Position numbers and translations under genes: made by a program
The notes under the pieces: model-generated
Seen by the model: only the letters and a program-made list of their open reading frames with translations
What the model was told of the DNA's origin: nothing
Database searches by the model: none
In this document: in pieces, positions 24,655 to 37,202 of the stretch
How positions within the stretch are numbered: position 1 is the first letter of the stretch
How the letters are laid out: every line of letters begins with the position of its first letter
Assembly (NCBI RefSeq): GCF_044704955.1
Contig: NC_091980.1
Span: 41,602,001 to 41,666,000 of the forward strand
From: Pristiophorus japonicus
Taxonomy: Eukaryota
Length of the DNA stretch: 64,000 nucleotides
Direction of reading: 5' to 3'

Positions 24655-27640
24655 TGATACGTCCTTACTACACAGTATAAATGCACACGAGGCCCATGCT
24701 TGAGAGAAGGTCAGTCTGTGGCCTGTCCTTTATTCCTTAGCACTCAAGTGATGAAGGTGGGTGGAGCTTCCCCTTTTATACCTGAAGGTCCAGGTTAGGA
24801 GTGTCTCCCACCTAGTGGTCAGTGTTCTCACGGTGTACAACTTAGGTCAGTTTATACATGTGTTACAATGCTGGTTGAATACATGACATCACCTCCCCCC
24901 CTAAAGTCTTATTGGGATCACAGGTTGAGTCTCTCTGGTGGTTTACGCTCCCTTGTAGAGCGCCTGAGTTGGGGCTCCGGTTGTTGGGTGCTGGCCTGAG
25001 TGTCTGCTGTTTGCAGTGCCTCAGGCCTGTCCGGACTGCCCACAATGACTGGGCTCTGCTCCCTTTGGTTCCGGTGTTTGGTCACCTGTGGTGGAGTGAA
25101 CTCTATATCGTGTTCTTCCTCTGCTTCTTCTATGGGGTTGCTGAACCTCCTTTTTGTTTGATCCACATGTTTACGGCAGATTTGTCCATTGGTAAGTTTA
25201 ACTTCCAGAATCCTATTTCCCTCTTTGGCAACCACAGTGCCTGCGAGCCATTTGGGCCCTGCAGCGTAGTTGAGGACAAAAACAGGATCATTTACATCAA
25301 TACATCGTGCCCTCGCATTCCTGTCATGGTAGTGATATTGTGACTGGCGCCTGCTCTCGACAATTTCTTTCATGGTGGGGTGTATAAGGGATAATCGGGT
25401 TTTGAGCGTCCTTTTCATTAGTAGCTCTGCGGGTGGAACCCCTGTGAGCGAGTGTGGTCGGGATCTATAGGCCAACAGGAGGCATGATAAGCGGGTTTGT
25501 AGGGAACCCCCTTGGAATCTGAGCATCCCCTGTTTGATTATCTGCACTGCTCGTTCTGCCTGGCCGTTTGAGGCCGGCTTGAACAGTGCCGTTCTAACAT
25601 GGTTAATTCCATTGCCTGTCATGGAATTCAGTGCTTGTGAAGCACGGGCCATTGTCGCTGACCAAGATGTCCGGTAGACCGTGGGTGGCGAACATTGCCC
25701 GTAGACTTTCTACCGTGGCAGAGGATGTGCTTGAATTTAAAATGTCACACATCGATCCATTTGGAGTAGGCGTCTACTACAACCAAAAACATTTTCCCCA
25801 TGAAAGGACCTGCGTAGTCCACATGGATGTGTGACCAAGGCTTGGTGGGCCATGGCCAGGGTCTAAGGGGGGCTTCCCTGGGCGCATGGCCCAGCTGGGC
25901 ACATGTGTTGCACCTGCGAACACAAAGTTCCAGATCTGCGTCTATCCCTGGCCACCAAACGTGTGACCTGGCAATTGCCTTCATCTTGACAATGCCCGAG
26001 TGCCCATTGTGGAGTTCTCTGATGAACACCTCTCTGCCCATCTGGGGCATGACTACGCGGTTTCCCCACAGTAGGCAATCGGCCTGAATCGAGAGTTCAT
26101 CCTTGCGCCTGTGAAATGGTTTAAATTTCTCAGGGCATGCCCTGTACGTGGCTGCCCAGTCCCCATTCAGGACACATTTCTTGACTAGAGACAATAGCGG
26201 GTCTCTATTTGTCCAGACTTTAATCTGACGGGCTGTCACGGGTGAGCCTTCGCTTCCGAAAGCTTCAACAGCCATGAGCATCTCAGCAGTATGCTCGGTA
26301 GCCCCCTCAGTGGTGGCTAGTGGGAGCCTGCTGAGTGCATCGGTGCAGTTTTCGGTGCCCGGTCTGTGCCGAATTGTGTAGTCATAGGCAGCTAACGTGA
26401 GTGCCCACCTCTGTATGCGGGCCGATGCGTTTGCATTTATGGCCTTGTTGTCGGCCAAAAGGGACGTTAGGGGTTTGTGATCTGTCTCCAGCTCAAATTT
26501 CCTGCCAAACAGGTACTGGTGCATTTTCTTTACCGCGTATACACATGCGAGCACCTCCTTTTCTACCATCCCGTAGCCCCTTTCTGCCTGGGACAGACTC
26601 CTGGAGGCATAAGCTACCGGCTGTAACTGACCCTTGGCATTGACATGCTGCAACACACACCCGACACCATAGGACGACGCATCGCACGTTAACACAAGTT
26701 TCTTACATGGGTCATATAGCGTTAACAGATTGTTGGAACATAACAAATTGCGTGCTCTATTAAAAGCCCTTTCCTGGCTGTCCCCCCAGACCCATTCACG
26801 ACCTTTGCGTAGGAGCATGTGTAGCAGCGTGCTCAATTTGGGAAGGAAGTTACCAAAATAGTTCAGGAGCCCCAGGAACGAACGCAGCTCCGTCGTGTTA
26901 CGGGGTCTGGGTGCTCTCTGGATCGCTTCCGTCTTGGATGCAGTAGGGCTGATCCCGTCTGCTGCTACCCTCATCCCCAGGAATTCTACCTCTGGAGCTT
27001 GGAAGACGCACTTCGCCTTTTTCAGTCGCAGACCTACCCGGTCCAGTCTGCATAGTACCTCCTCCAGGTTGTGGAGGTGTTCTTCAGTATCGTAACCCGT
27101 AAGGAGGATGTAGTCCTGAAAAACCACCGTCCCTGGAATCGACTTGAGGAGGCTTTCCATATTTCGTTGGAAGATCACGGCGGCCGAGCGAATCCCGAAC
27201 GGACATCTGTTGTACTCAAACAACCCCTTGTGTGTCGTGATGGTGGTCAGCTTCTTCGACTCACTCGCCAGCTCCTGGGTCATGTAAGCTGAGGTCAGGT
27301 CCAATTTTGAAAAAAGTTTGCCACCGGATAGCGTCGCAAAGAGGTCCTCCGTTCTCGGTAGCGGGTACTGGTCTTGGAGTGACACCCGATTGATGGTGGC
27401 CTTGTAATCGCCACATATCCTGACCGACCCATCCGCCTTGAGCACCGGCACAATCGGGCTCGCCCAGTCACTGAATTCGACTGGCGAGATGATGCCTTCC
27501 CTCAACAGGCGGTCCAATTCGCCTTCTATCTTTTCCCGCATCGCGTACGGCACCGCTCTGGCCTTGTGGTGTACTGGTCTGGCGTCCGGATTTATGTGAA
27601 TCACTACCTTGGCCCCCATGAAATTGCCAATGCCGGGCTG
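24655..27640 (-). mobile_element. Gypsy element D, 3' half only (RT-RH-IN plus 3' LTR), nested in B
   Basis: 3' LTR 24655-24888 (TG...CA) with PPT; 636-codon RT-RH-IN frame (catalytic FQDD changed to FQDY); integrase C-terminus 24918-25620; 5' half missing. Confidence 0.92.
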
Positions 27641-30600
27641 ATAGTGCGAGTGCACACCTATGTATGTGGGCTGAGGCGTTAGTATTTATCCCCTTGTTTT
27701 CAGCGAAAAGGGATGTGAGGAGCTTGTGATTGGTTTCCAGCTCAAATTTGAGGCCAAACAGGTACTGATGCATTTTCTTTATCCCAAACACACACGCTAA
27801 TGCCTCTTTCTTAATCATGCTGTAGGCCCTCTTGGCCTTAGACAAGCTCCTGGAAACATAGGCGACAGGTTGCAACTTCCCCGCAGCGTTAGCTTTTTGT
27901 AATACACACCCGACTCCGTACGACGATGCATCACATGCCAGCACAAGTCTTTTCACGGGTTGTACAATACAAGCAGCTTGTTGGAGCATAAAATGTTTCT
28001 GGCGTTCTCAAAAGCAATTACTTGATTTTTTCCCCATACCTAGTTCTCACCTTTGCGCAATAACTCATGTCGGGGCTCTAAAAGGGTGCTTAACCCCAGT
28101 AGGAAGTTACCAAAATAGTTGAGGAGGCCCAGGAACAACCGCAGCTCCATGACGTTCTGTGGCCTGGGCGTGTTCCTGATAGCCTCTGTCTTGGCGTCTG
28201 TGGGCCGAATGCCGTCCGCCGTGATCTTTCTCCCAAAAAACCTCCACTTTTGTGACGCATTTCGACCTCTTCAGCTGCAGCCCTATGCGATCCAGTCGCT
28301 AGAGGACCTCCTCCAGGTTTTGTAGGTGCTTGGCGGTGTCCCGACCCATGACCAATATGTCGTCCTGAAAGACCACCGTGTGTGGTACCGACTTGAGTAG
28401 GCTCTTCATGTTTCTCTGGAAGATCGCTGCAGCCGACCGAATTTCAAACGGGCATCTGTTGTAGAGGAACAATCCCTTTTGCGTATTGATGCAGGGGAGG
28501 CCCTTCGAAGACTCCTCCAGCTCCTGCGTCATGTAGGCCAAAATCAGGTCGAGCTTGGTGAATGTCTTGCCTCCTGCCAGCATCGCAAATAGGTCATCTG
28601 CCTTAGGTAGCGGGTATTGGTCCTGTAGCGAGAAACGATTAATAGTTACTTTATAATCGCCGCAAATCTTGACCATGCCATCACTTTTGAGTACTGAAAC
28701 AATCGGGCTGGCCCACTCGCTGAATTCCACTGGGGAGATGATGCCCTCGTGTTGCAGCCTGTCCAGCTCGATTTCCACTCTCTCCCTCATCATGTGAGGT
28801 ACCGCTCGCGTCTTGTGGTGAATGGGTTGTGCCTCTGGGACCAAGTGGATCCGCACCTTTGCCCCAGAAAAGTTTCCAATGCCTGGCTCAACAAGGGAAG
28901 GAAATTTGTTGAGAACCTGGGTACATAAGGCCTCATCGACATGTGATAGCGCTCGGATGTCATCCCAGTTCCAGCGGATTTTGCCCAGCTAGCTCCTTTC
29001 AAGCAGTGTGGGGCCATCACCCAGAACAATCCAGAGTGGCAGTTCGTGCACCGTGCTCTCATAGGTGACCTTGACCATGGCGCTGCCCAGGACAGTGATA
29101 AGCTCTTTGGTGTACGTTCTCAGTTTCGTGTGAATGGGGCTCAGGGCTGGTCTGAATGACTTGTTGCACCACAGTCTCTCAAACATCTTTTTACTCATGA
29201 TGGATTGGCTCACGTCAGTGTCCAGTTCCATGGCTACGAGTAAGCCATTCAATTTTACCTTTAGCATTATAGGTGGACATTTCGTCAAAAATGTGTGCAC
29301 CCCGTGTACTTCAGCATCTGCCTCCTCTCTCTGAGGCTCGAAATTGCTTTGATCCTCCATGGACCGATCTTCCTCTACCACGTAGTGGTTAGCAGGTTTT
29401 GCAGAGTTTGCAGTTCGTTTGCAAGCTTGTTGGAGGTGCCCCATTGTTCCACAGCTCTTACAAACATACCCTTTGAAGCAGCACGAATAGGCTAAATGGA
29501 AGCCTCCACAACGCCAACAAGGTGTGAATTGCCTTGCATTCATCCTTTGTTGGGGACTCTAAGTCATCTGGGTCACCTGAGGCCTGCTGGCAGTTGCAGA
29601 CTCGTGGGTTCTGCCCTGTACATTTCTGCTCGTAAACACAGTTCCAGTTAATTTATGAACATTGCTAGCACTTGTGTGCTGAGAGATTTGTTTGGTGTTA
29701 TCACTGGTGGACATAAACGTCTGTGCTATCACAATGGCCTTACTGAGGGTCGGTGTCTCTAGTCAAAAGTTTTCATAGGATGGTCTCGTGGCCAATGCCC
29801 AGTACAAAAAAGTCTCTGAGCATTTGCTCCAGGTAGCCATCAAACTCACATTGTCCTGCAAGTCGCCTTAGCTCTGCGACGTAGCTCGCCACTTCCTGAT
29901 CTTCAGATTGCTGGCACGTGTAGAACCGATACCTCGCCATCAGCACGCCCTCCCTCGGGTTAAGATGCTCCCAAACCAGTGTACACAGTTCCTCATACGG
30001 CTTATCTGTGGGTTTCACTGGAGCCAGAAGATTCTTCATGAGGCTGTAGGTCGGTGCCCCGCAGACTGTGAGGAGAACCGCTCTCCTTTTTGCAGGACTT
30101 CCTTCTCCATCCAGCTTGTTGGCTACAAAGTACTGGTCTAGCTGTTCGACATAGGCTTCCCAGTCCTCACCCTCTGAGAACTTCTGCAGGATGCCCACAG
30201 TTTGCTGCATCTTTGCGTTGGATTCATATTCTCGTCGCCAGTTATTGTGTTCCTAACACAGATGAGGCTGCACACAGGGAGGTTAAAGTAGCAGTGACCT
30301 CAATCTTTAATAAGACACTCCAGAATGAGGAACAGGCCTTAGGGGCTGGCCTACATACAGTGCTCCCAAGGGATGCTGGGATCCCTTAGGACTTCAGGGG
30401 ATGAACTCCCTGGTGGTGGAACATGGGAGTGCATGCTTTACAGATACACAACAGGTACGTGATCATTTCTTCTTTTTTCTCTCTCTCAACACAGTCACTT
30501 ATAGAGGCTAAGCTGCCTTTGGGTGAATTGCACAGATTTAGGCATGAGTTGTGCTGAATTTTTGGAAGCATTCATGCAAGACGTCAATCAATTCTGCACC

Positions 30601-32534
30601 TGTGCATGCTGCGTGGAAATATAGCGTAATCTGTACTAAATGCCAGTCACATTTTAAATCCCTTCATATTTGGCTTATTTTCTGTGTGCATCCATGATAC
30701 ACATGGCTTTTGAATGCGAGAGTTGTAGATCTGATATTAGTTATCTTTTTGCTGAATTACATTCTCTCCTGTCTAAGCTCTCCTATAATCCCTCCCTTCT
30801 CACTCCCTTCCCATTCATTACGCTACTTCCTTCTTTTGCCTCACCCCTTTATCCGATAAGAACACCCCTCCCATAAGAACATAAGAAATAGGAGCAGGAG
30901 TAGGCAATTTGGCCCCTTGAGCCTGCTCCGCCATTCAATGAGATCATGGCTGATCTGATCTTGACCTCAACCCCACTTCCATGACTGCTCCCCATACCCT
31001 TGACACCCTTTTCATTCAAAAATCTGTCTATCTCCACCTTAAATATATTCAAAGAACCAGCTCTCTGGGGTATAGAATTCTAAAGATTCATGACCCTTTG
31101 AGAGAAGAAATGCCTCCTGATCTCCGTTTTAAATGGGCGACTCCTTATTCTGAAACTACATCCCAGAGCAATCAGGGGGGTGATTTTCACTTTGATTTTC
31201 ACACCAATTCTTCCCCTCACATTTTGCACTCTACCATCATAGTTCCGTTGCAATTTTTTGTTTAAAATAGATTGAAATCTCCGACACATCTCTGTGTTGA
31301 TGTATGGGAGGTTAATGCAAAAGACTTGGGGGGCGTCATAACCCATGGACTATAAGGAACTTGAAGGCACATGTTTTTCTAAGTTTTCATGGTGCATAAC
31401 TCCATTAAATTTAAATAACGTTTACTGAAAGAAGCATTAACCCACTGCCCTTCGGAGTGCTTCATTGGTGGTTTTCTCCAACAGTTCCTCATGTGGAGAA
31501 TTTCCTGATTTCAACTGAACCATGAATTGTCAACCAGGCACTTTCCAGGGGTGAGGAGAAGCAATGACCACAGGCTAATCTCTCAACTGTCATAGTGAGA
31601 GGACACTACACCAAAATTGATATGTCTTTAATACATATATAAAGACTCCATAAAGGCTCTGTATTGTGCTTAAACTGGTGTGGCCTTAGCCCATTTATTT
31701 CAACTCTAGAGTGAGGCCACAGCATGGTGGGCACCCTTTTATTTGGCCCTTCACACCTGGGCAGGTAACCCCTGGGGCCTCCAACAGTAGCGCCCTCTGG
31801 TGGTACATCATGTCTGTTTACATAGTTAATACATAAAGTATACATACATAACATCATTCCCCCCAAAGCCTTTGATGCGAGTAACTGTCTGATTGGACTT
31901 TTGGGAATGGTGGGATGATCCTTGTGTTTGGTCGTGAGGTCCGTTGTAGATTTGGTGTGTGCTGGTGGGTCGCTGGAGACCAGGTCCTTTCACAGTAGTT
32001 CCTGGTTATCTGTAGTTCGCAGTTTGGTCTGGTCCAAATGCTTTCTACATTTGCCTATTACATGATTTCACAACAAACACTCCATTTTCATCACAAACAT
32101 TCCATTCCCCTCTTTGGCTAATACAGTGCTAGCAGCCCATCTAGGGCCATGATCATGGTCTACATCATTTATTCTGATGTCGCGTGGAGGAGCCGTGCGA
32201 TCATGGTACATTCTCTGCTGATAGCATACGAAAGGTTCGGTTCTGAGTGATTCTGTCTGGTGACTGCGTAGCACCCGGGATAACCGGGTCTGTGGGGAGC
32301 CTACCGTGACACGTGTGGTGCTTGGCTTTATCATTTGGGCTGTCCGCTCCGGAGTATTGTTGCTGACCCTAAGGTCTGGCAAGCCAAGGGAGGCTGCATG
32401 GTCCCCGTTGATCCTGGGGCATGGTATGGAGGCCCAGGACCACCGACTGTGTGTAGCCTTCCTGCCTTTCTTTGTAACGTTGCAGGGTTGCCCCATAGGG
32501 GGCAATCTGATGGGATGAGCATTTCGTCTTTGCG

Positions 32535-33276
32535 ACAGATTAGGAAAAGGGGAGGTGCAACGAGACCTGGGTGTCATGGTACATCAGTCATTGAAGGTTG
32601 GCATGCAGGTACAGCAGGCGGTTAAGAAAGCAAATGGCATGTTGGCCTTCATAGCGAGGGGATTTGAGGTGTTACTACAGTTGTACAGGGCCTTGGTGAG
32701 GCCACACCTGGAGTATTGTGCACAGTTTTGGTCTCCTAACTTGAGGAAGGACATTCTTGCTATTAAGGGAGTGCAGCGAAGGTTCACCAGACTGATTCCT
32801 GGGATGGTGGGACTGACATATCAAGAAAGACTGGATCAACTGGGCTTGTATTCACTGGAGTTCAGAAGAATGAGAGGGGATCTAATAGAAACGTTTAAAA
32901 TTCTGACGGGTTCAGACAGGTTAGATGCAGGAAGAATGTTCCCAATGTTGGGGAAGTCCAGAACCAGGGGTCACAGTCTAAGGATAAGGGGTAAACCATT
33001 TAGGACCGAGATGAGGAGAAACTTCTTCACCCAGAGAGTGGTGAACCTATGGAATTTTCTACCACAGGAAGTCGTTGAGGCAAATTCACTAAATATATTC
33101 AAAAAGGAGTTAGGTATCATCCTTACTACTCGGGGGATCAAGGGGTATGGTGAGAAAGCAGGAATAGGGTACTGAAGTTGAATGTTCAGCCATTAACTCA
33201 TTGAATGGCGGTGCAGGCTCGAAGGGCCGAATGGCCTACTCCTGCACCTAGTTTCTATGTTTCTATGTTTCTATGT
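32535..33276 (+). mobile_element. 5'-truncated CR1 inserted in element E
   Basis: 206-aa ORF2 C-terminus and (tttctatg)3 tail. Confidence 0.92.
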
Positions 33277-34002
33277 CTAGTGGTTCGCCGTTAGCAGGCG
33301 GTAACGTGGGATCCTGGCTGGTCCAGGTCCTAAACTAGGGAGCCGTTATGGTTGACTCCTCGCTCTCTAGCACTTCCATAACAACGAGCAGGTCTGCAGG
33401 CTGCGCCATTTCCACCCCGGTAGTGGGCAACGATAGCCAACTGAGGCCATCCACGCTGTTCTCAGTGCCTGGCCCGTGGCGGATCATGTTACAGTGCACA
33501 GACTGTGTTAGACATATTCGAAACAAAGCATTGATAACAGTGCCTCTGCTCTCCAAAACTATGAGATAGGCAGCTTGTCTGACTCGAGCAAATATTGGGA
33601 CACATTTTGGTAAGTCTCTTTTGTCACGTGAACGCAGGCTACTGCCTCGGTTAACTTATTGGATACATATACAACCAGTTGGGGTTCGCCCGCTCATTTG
33701 GCTTGCTGTACCACATGCCCGACCCCGTGTGATAACACATCACTTGCTACAAGTACTTTGTTAGATACATATACAACCGGTTGGTGTTCGCCTGCTACTT
33801 TGGCTTGTTGTAAGGTGCCCTCGACCCCATATGATAATACATCATTAGCCGCGAAAGGGCACTCACATGGGTTACACAGTGCAAACAACTTATTGGAACG
33901 TAGTGGGTTCCTGGCCTTCTCAGAGGCCGCCCCTTTACATTTGCCCCAAGCCCAGTCGTCTTCCTTGCTGGGCAACACATGCCTCTGTTTCGTTGCGGCG
34001 AC

Positions 34003-34100
34003 ATCCCTTGGTCTGGAAGCACTTACGTCCCGTGGTCTGGACGCACTCTTGTCCTGTGGTCTGGATGCTCTTCCGTTCCGTGGTCTGGATGCACTCTCGT
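34003..34100. repeat. 24-bp tandem repeat x4 inside element E
   Basis: gtcccgtggtctggacgcactctt-like units. Confidence 0.85.
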
Positions 34101-36309
34101 CCGTGTCCGTGATGCTGACTGCCGCGATCTTCCTCCCTAGGGATTCTGACTCTGGCATCGGGAAGGCGCATTCAGATTGTTTCGGTTGGAGTCTCACTCT
34201 GCTTGGTCAACCTTGAGCCTCTTCCATCATCGCGAAGAGGTTGTCAGCTTCGGGTGGTGGGTACCGCGCCTGTACCGCTGCTCGGTTGATCTTTACCTCC
34301 TCGTGGTCATTATGAACGGCCTGTGCCTTGGGGAACTGCAAATGGATCTGCAAATGAATCTGCAGTTCCATCAAATCTTCCCCATCCATCTTCTACCAAG
34401 CAGCATTGGCCCATCACCTGAAACAAACCACAGTGGTAAATCATGGGATACTCTTATATCCGCACTACCAATAACTGGTATCAGTCCCTTGGTGTAGGTG
34501 CGCAGCTTTGCCTGAATCGGGATCAGTTTGGGTCGTTGTGCTCTGTCGCCCTAGAGCATCTTTAATGCCTTCTGGCTCATAATTGACTGACTCGCCCCCA
34601 TGTCCAACTCCATGGAGACTGGAATGCCGTTTAACTCAACTTTCATCAACCTGGGAGGACTTTCTGTAGTGAAGGTGTGTACCCTATACACTGCTTCCTT
34701 GGGCTGAGTTGCCTCTCTCGCTAATTCTCCATAGTCCTCACCGGACTGAAACTCTTCTGCTGACTCCTCTGCCACGTGGTGAGTCACAGTACGTTTGCAC
34801 ATTCGCTGGAGATGGCCCATTGTTCTGCAGCTTTTGCACTCACAGCCTTTAAATCGACATTGATGGCTCCTACGATTACCTCCGCGACACCAGCAATTTG
34901 TTAATGGATTCACATTTACACCCCTTGGTGGACTCTGAGTCATGCTTGGCCTAGCAAAAGCAGGCATGTAAGTTCTGTCATGTACAGTCCTTGTTTGTTC
35001 AACAGTTCTGCCTGAAAACGGCATTATTTTATGCACGGTACTTTCCAGTAAGCTTTGATTCCGCGAATAGATCATCTGTTTGGTATTGCAACTTGAGGAC
35101 ATGAATGCCTAGCCTATGGTGATGGCCCTCTTCAAGTCAACAATGGTTTCGGCAGCCAGTAGCTTGCAAAGGCTAGCCTCGTGACTTATACCAATCACAA
35201 AAACGTCCCGCAACACGTCTTTCAGGAACTCGGCAAATTCGCACGGTCCTGCAAGTCATCTTAGGTCGGCGATGTAGTTCGCTACATCCTGGCCCTCCGG
35301 GCGGCGGTGTGTATACCTGGCCATTAGGATGCTCTCCTTTGGTTTGAGGTGTTCCCGAATCAGCGTGTGCAGCTCTGCGTATGACTTCTCCGTTGGTTTC
35401 ACTGGCACAAGCAGATCCCTGATGAGGCCATAGACCGTGGACCTGTAGCTGGTCAAGAGAATCGCCCTGCTCTTTCCCTCCAGCTTCTCAGCGTCCAGAT
35501 CGTTGGCCATGAAGTACTGGTCTAGCCGTTCAATAAAGGCTTCCCAATCTTCACCCTCTGCAAACTCCTCTAAGATACCAACAGCAGCCATGATTGTGTG
35601 AAAGTTCTTGATCCGTTGCTCGTCGCCAATTGTTATGTCTTTAATACATATATAAAGACTCCACAAGGCTCTGTTCTGTGCTTAAACTGGTGTGGGCTTA
35701 GCCTATTTATTTCAACTCCAGAGTGAGGCCGCAGCATGGTGGGCACTCTTTTATACAACCCTGCACACCTGGGCAGGTAACCCCTGAGGCCTCCAACAGT
35801 AGAGCCCTCTGGTGGTACATCATGCCTGTTTACATAGTTAATACATAAAGTATACATACATAACAAAAATAATATATATACTAGTGAGTGGTTATTCAAG
35901 GAAAATGGTCTGATTCTAACTCTTTGTTGTAACAGACCGAGAGAGGTTGCAACGCACCTCTGGAGCAAGTAAAAACAACAGGTGTTAGTTACAGCATTGC
36001 TCATTAATTACAATGAACTAAAATATGGTGCTACCAATTCTAGGATTTTAATATATTATAAATGAAAGCCATTATTCTTCACACATTTGTATGTTTTATT
36101 CAAGCATAATGTCATATATACATATAAATATATTAAATAAATAACATACAATCAACACTGTACACAATTCATTTACAGGAGTGCATTGATCAGAAATTAA
36201 TTTACACAAGGGCATTGATCAGAAGTTCATTTACACAAGTACAGTGGTCAGGAGTTCATTTACATGACTATATTTGACTGTGACTCCATACAAAAACTTT
36301 CCGTGAAAC

Positions 36310-36346
36310 TCAGTCTCGATGAACAGTCAAGGAACAGCGACTCTTT
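36310..36346 (-). CDS. LEAP2: Liver-expressed antimicrobial peptide 2, exon 3
   Basis: Acceptor tttttgcag; encodes (R)KSRCSLTVHRD*; phase matches exon 2; candidate AATAAA at 36095-36100. Confidence 0.93.
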
Positions 36347-37062
36347 CTGCAAAAACAAGATCATCTCTAGATTAGAATACAGCTTTGCTATTGTTTAATG
36401 CAACAGACTAAAATAGAAAATGTTTGCATGACAATCCAATTGAGTACCTAATTATTTAAAGGACTTTAAGGGGCATGTATCCCTATCACCATTAATATTA
36501 TAAAAGGGAAGTAGCTTTACACTTGCTGGTATTTGAATTTTCTTTTGTTTCTTTACGTTTTATGTTTTACTGATTTATCATATTTACAATGTAGCTGGTG
36601 TTTGACTCTGTGATGCAAACAGTTCCATTTCCTAAATATGGTACCCTGTATCTAAAAAGCTAAATTCATGATTTTGGAGAAGACTTTATTTTTCTCTTTC
36701 AATTCCTTTTAATTAAACCGATTGTATTATGCAGATTCCAGGGATGGGCACTTTGGAATAAAACAATAACACACACAAGTTAAAAAATATTAGCTATGTT
36801 GAGTGAGGCAATGTGCTAGACATCGATTAGTAATGATTTATTTTTGCTTAAGTTCATGTGCCCTTTCATAAGAAATAGGAGCAGGAATAGGTCATTTGAC
36901 CCCTCGAGCCTGCTCCGCCATTTAATAAGATCATGGCTGACCTGATCATGGACTCAGCTCCACTTCCCTGCCCTTTCCCATTTAGACCACAGTTAAAATA
37001 CTGGTCATGATATTTTTTGTCTCAGTAAGTTTTAATCTTTCCTCAAGATTTTCCTTGCTTAC

Positions 37063-37202
37063 CTGCAGTATTTTGAGCCACACTCAACATTGTCCCTGCA
37101 AGAGGATCCAAGGGGTTTGTAAGTGATCCATCTCCAGAGAGGAGTCATTCTTCGGACTCTCTGCAGCACAGTTTCTACTGGACCTATAGCAGCGCAGTCG
37201 GC
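37063..37202 (-). CDS. LEAP2: LEAP2 exon 2
   Basis: 140 nt between cttctcttag and gtaagc: ADCAAIGPVETVLQRVRR/MTPLWRWITYKPLGSSCRDNVECGSKYC. Furin site RVRR followed by the LEAP2 mature N-terminus and Cys pattern. Confidence 0.96.

Larger units (their letters stand above)
22941..30453 (-). mobile_element. Gypsy LTR retrotransposon B, host of a solo LTR and of element D
   Basis: 5' LTR 30243-30453, 3' LTR 22941-23141; TSD GGTAT/GGTAC; PBS tggcgacgag (30231-30240); gag 29773-30210; protease ELDTD; RT FQDD; integrase fragments 23175-24654. Confidence 0.93.
31618..35865 (-). mobile_element. Gypsy element E with paired LTRs, recognisable gag/PR and deleted, scrambled pol
   Basis: LTRs 35631-35865 and 31618-31853 (TG...CA); TSD AAAAT; PBS tggcgacgag (35619-35628); gag 35256-35592; ELDMGAS protease; RT core absent. 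Confidence 0.93.

Noticed and set aside
33659-34216. 167-185 aa ORFs with SRPRD/GLDAL repeats as a novel protein
   Set aside because: Products of a 24-bp tandem expansion in the decayed pol of element E.
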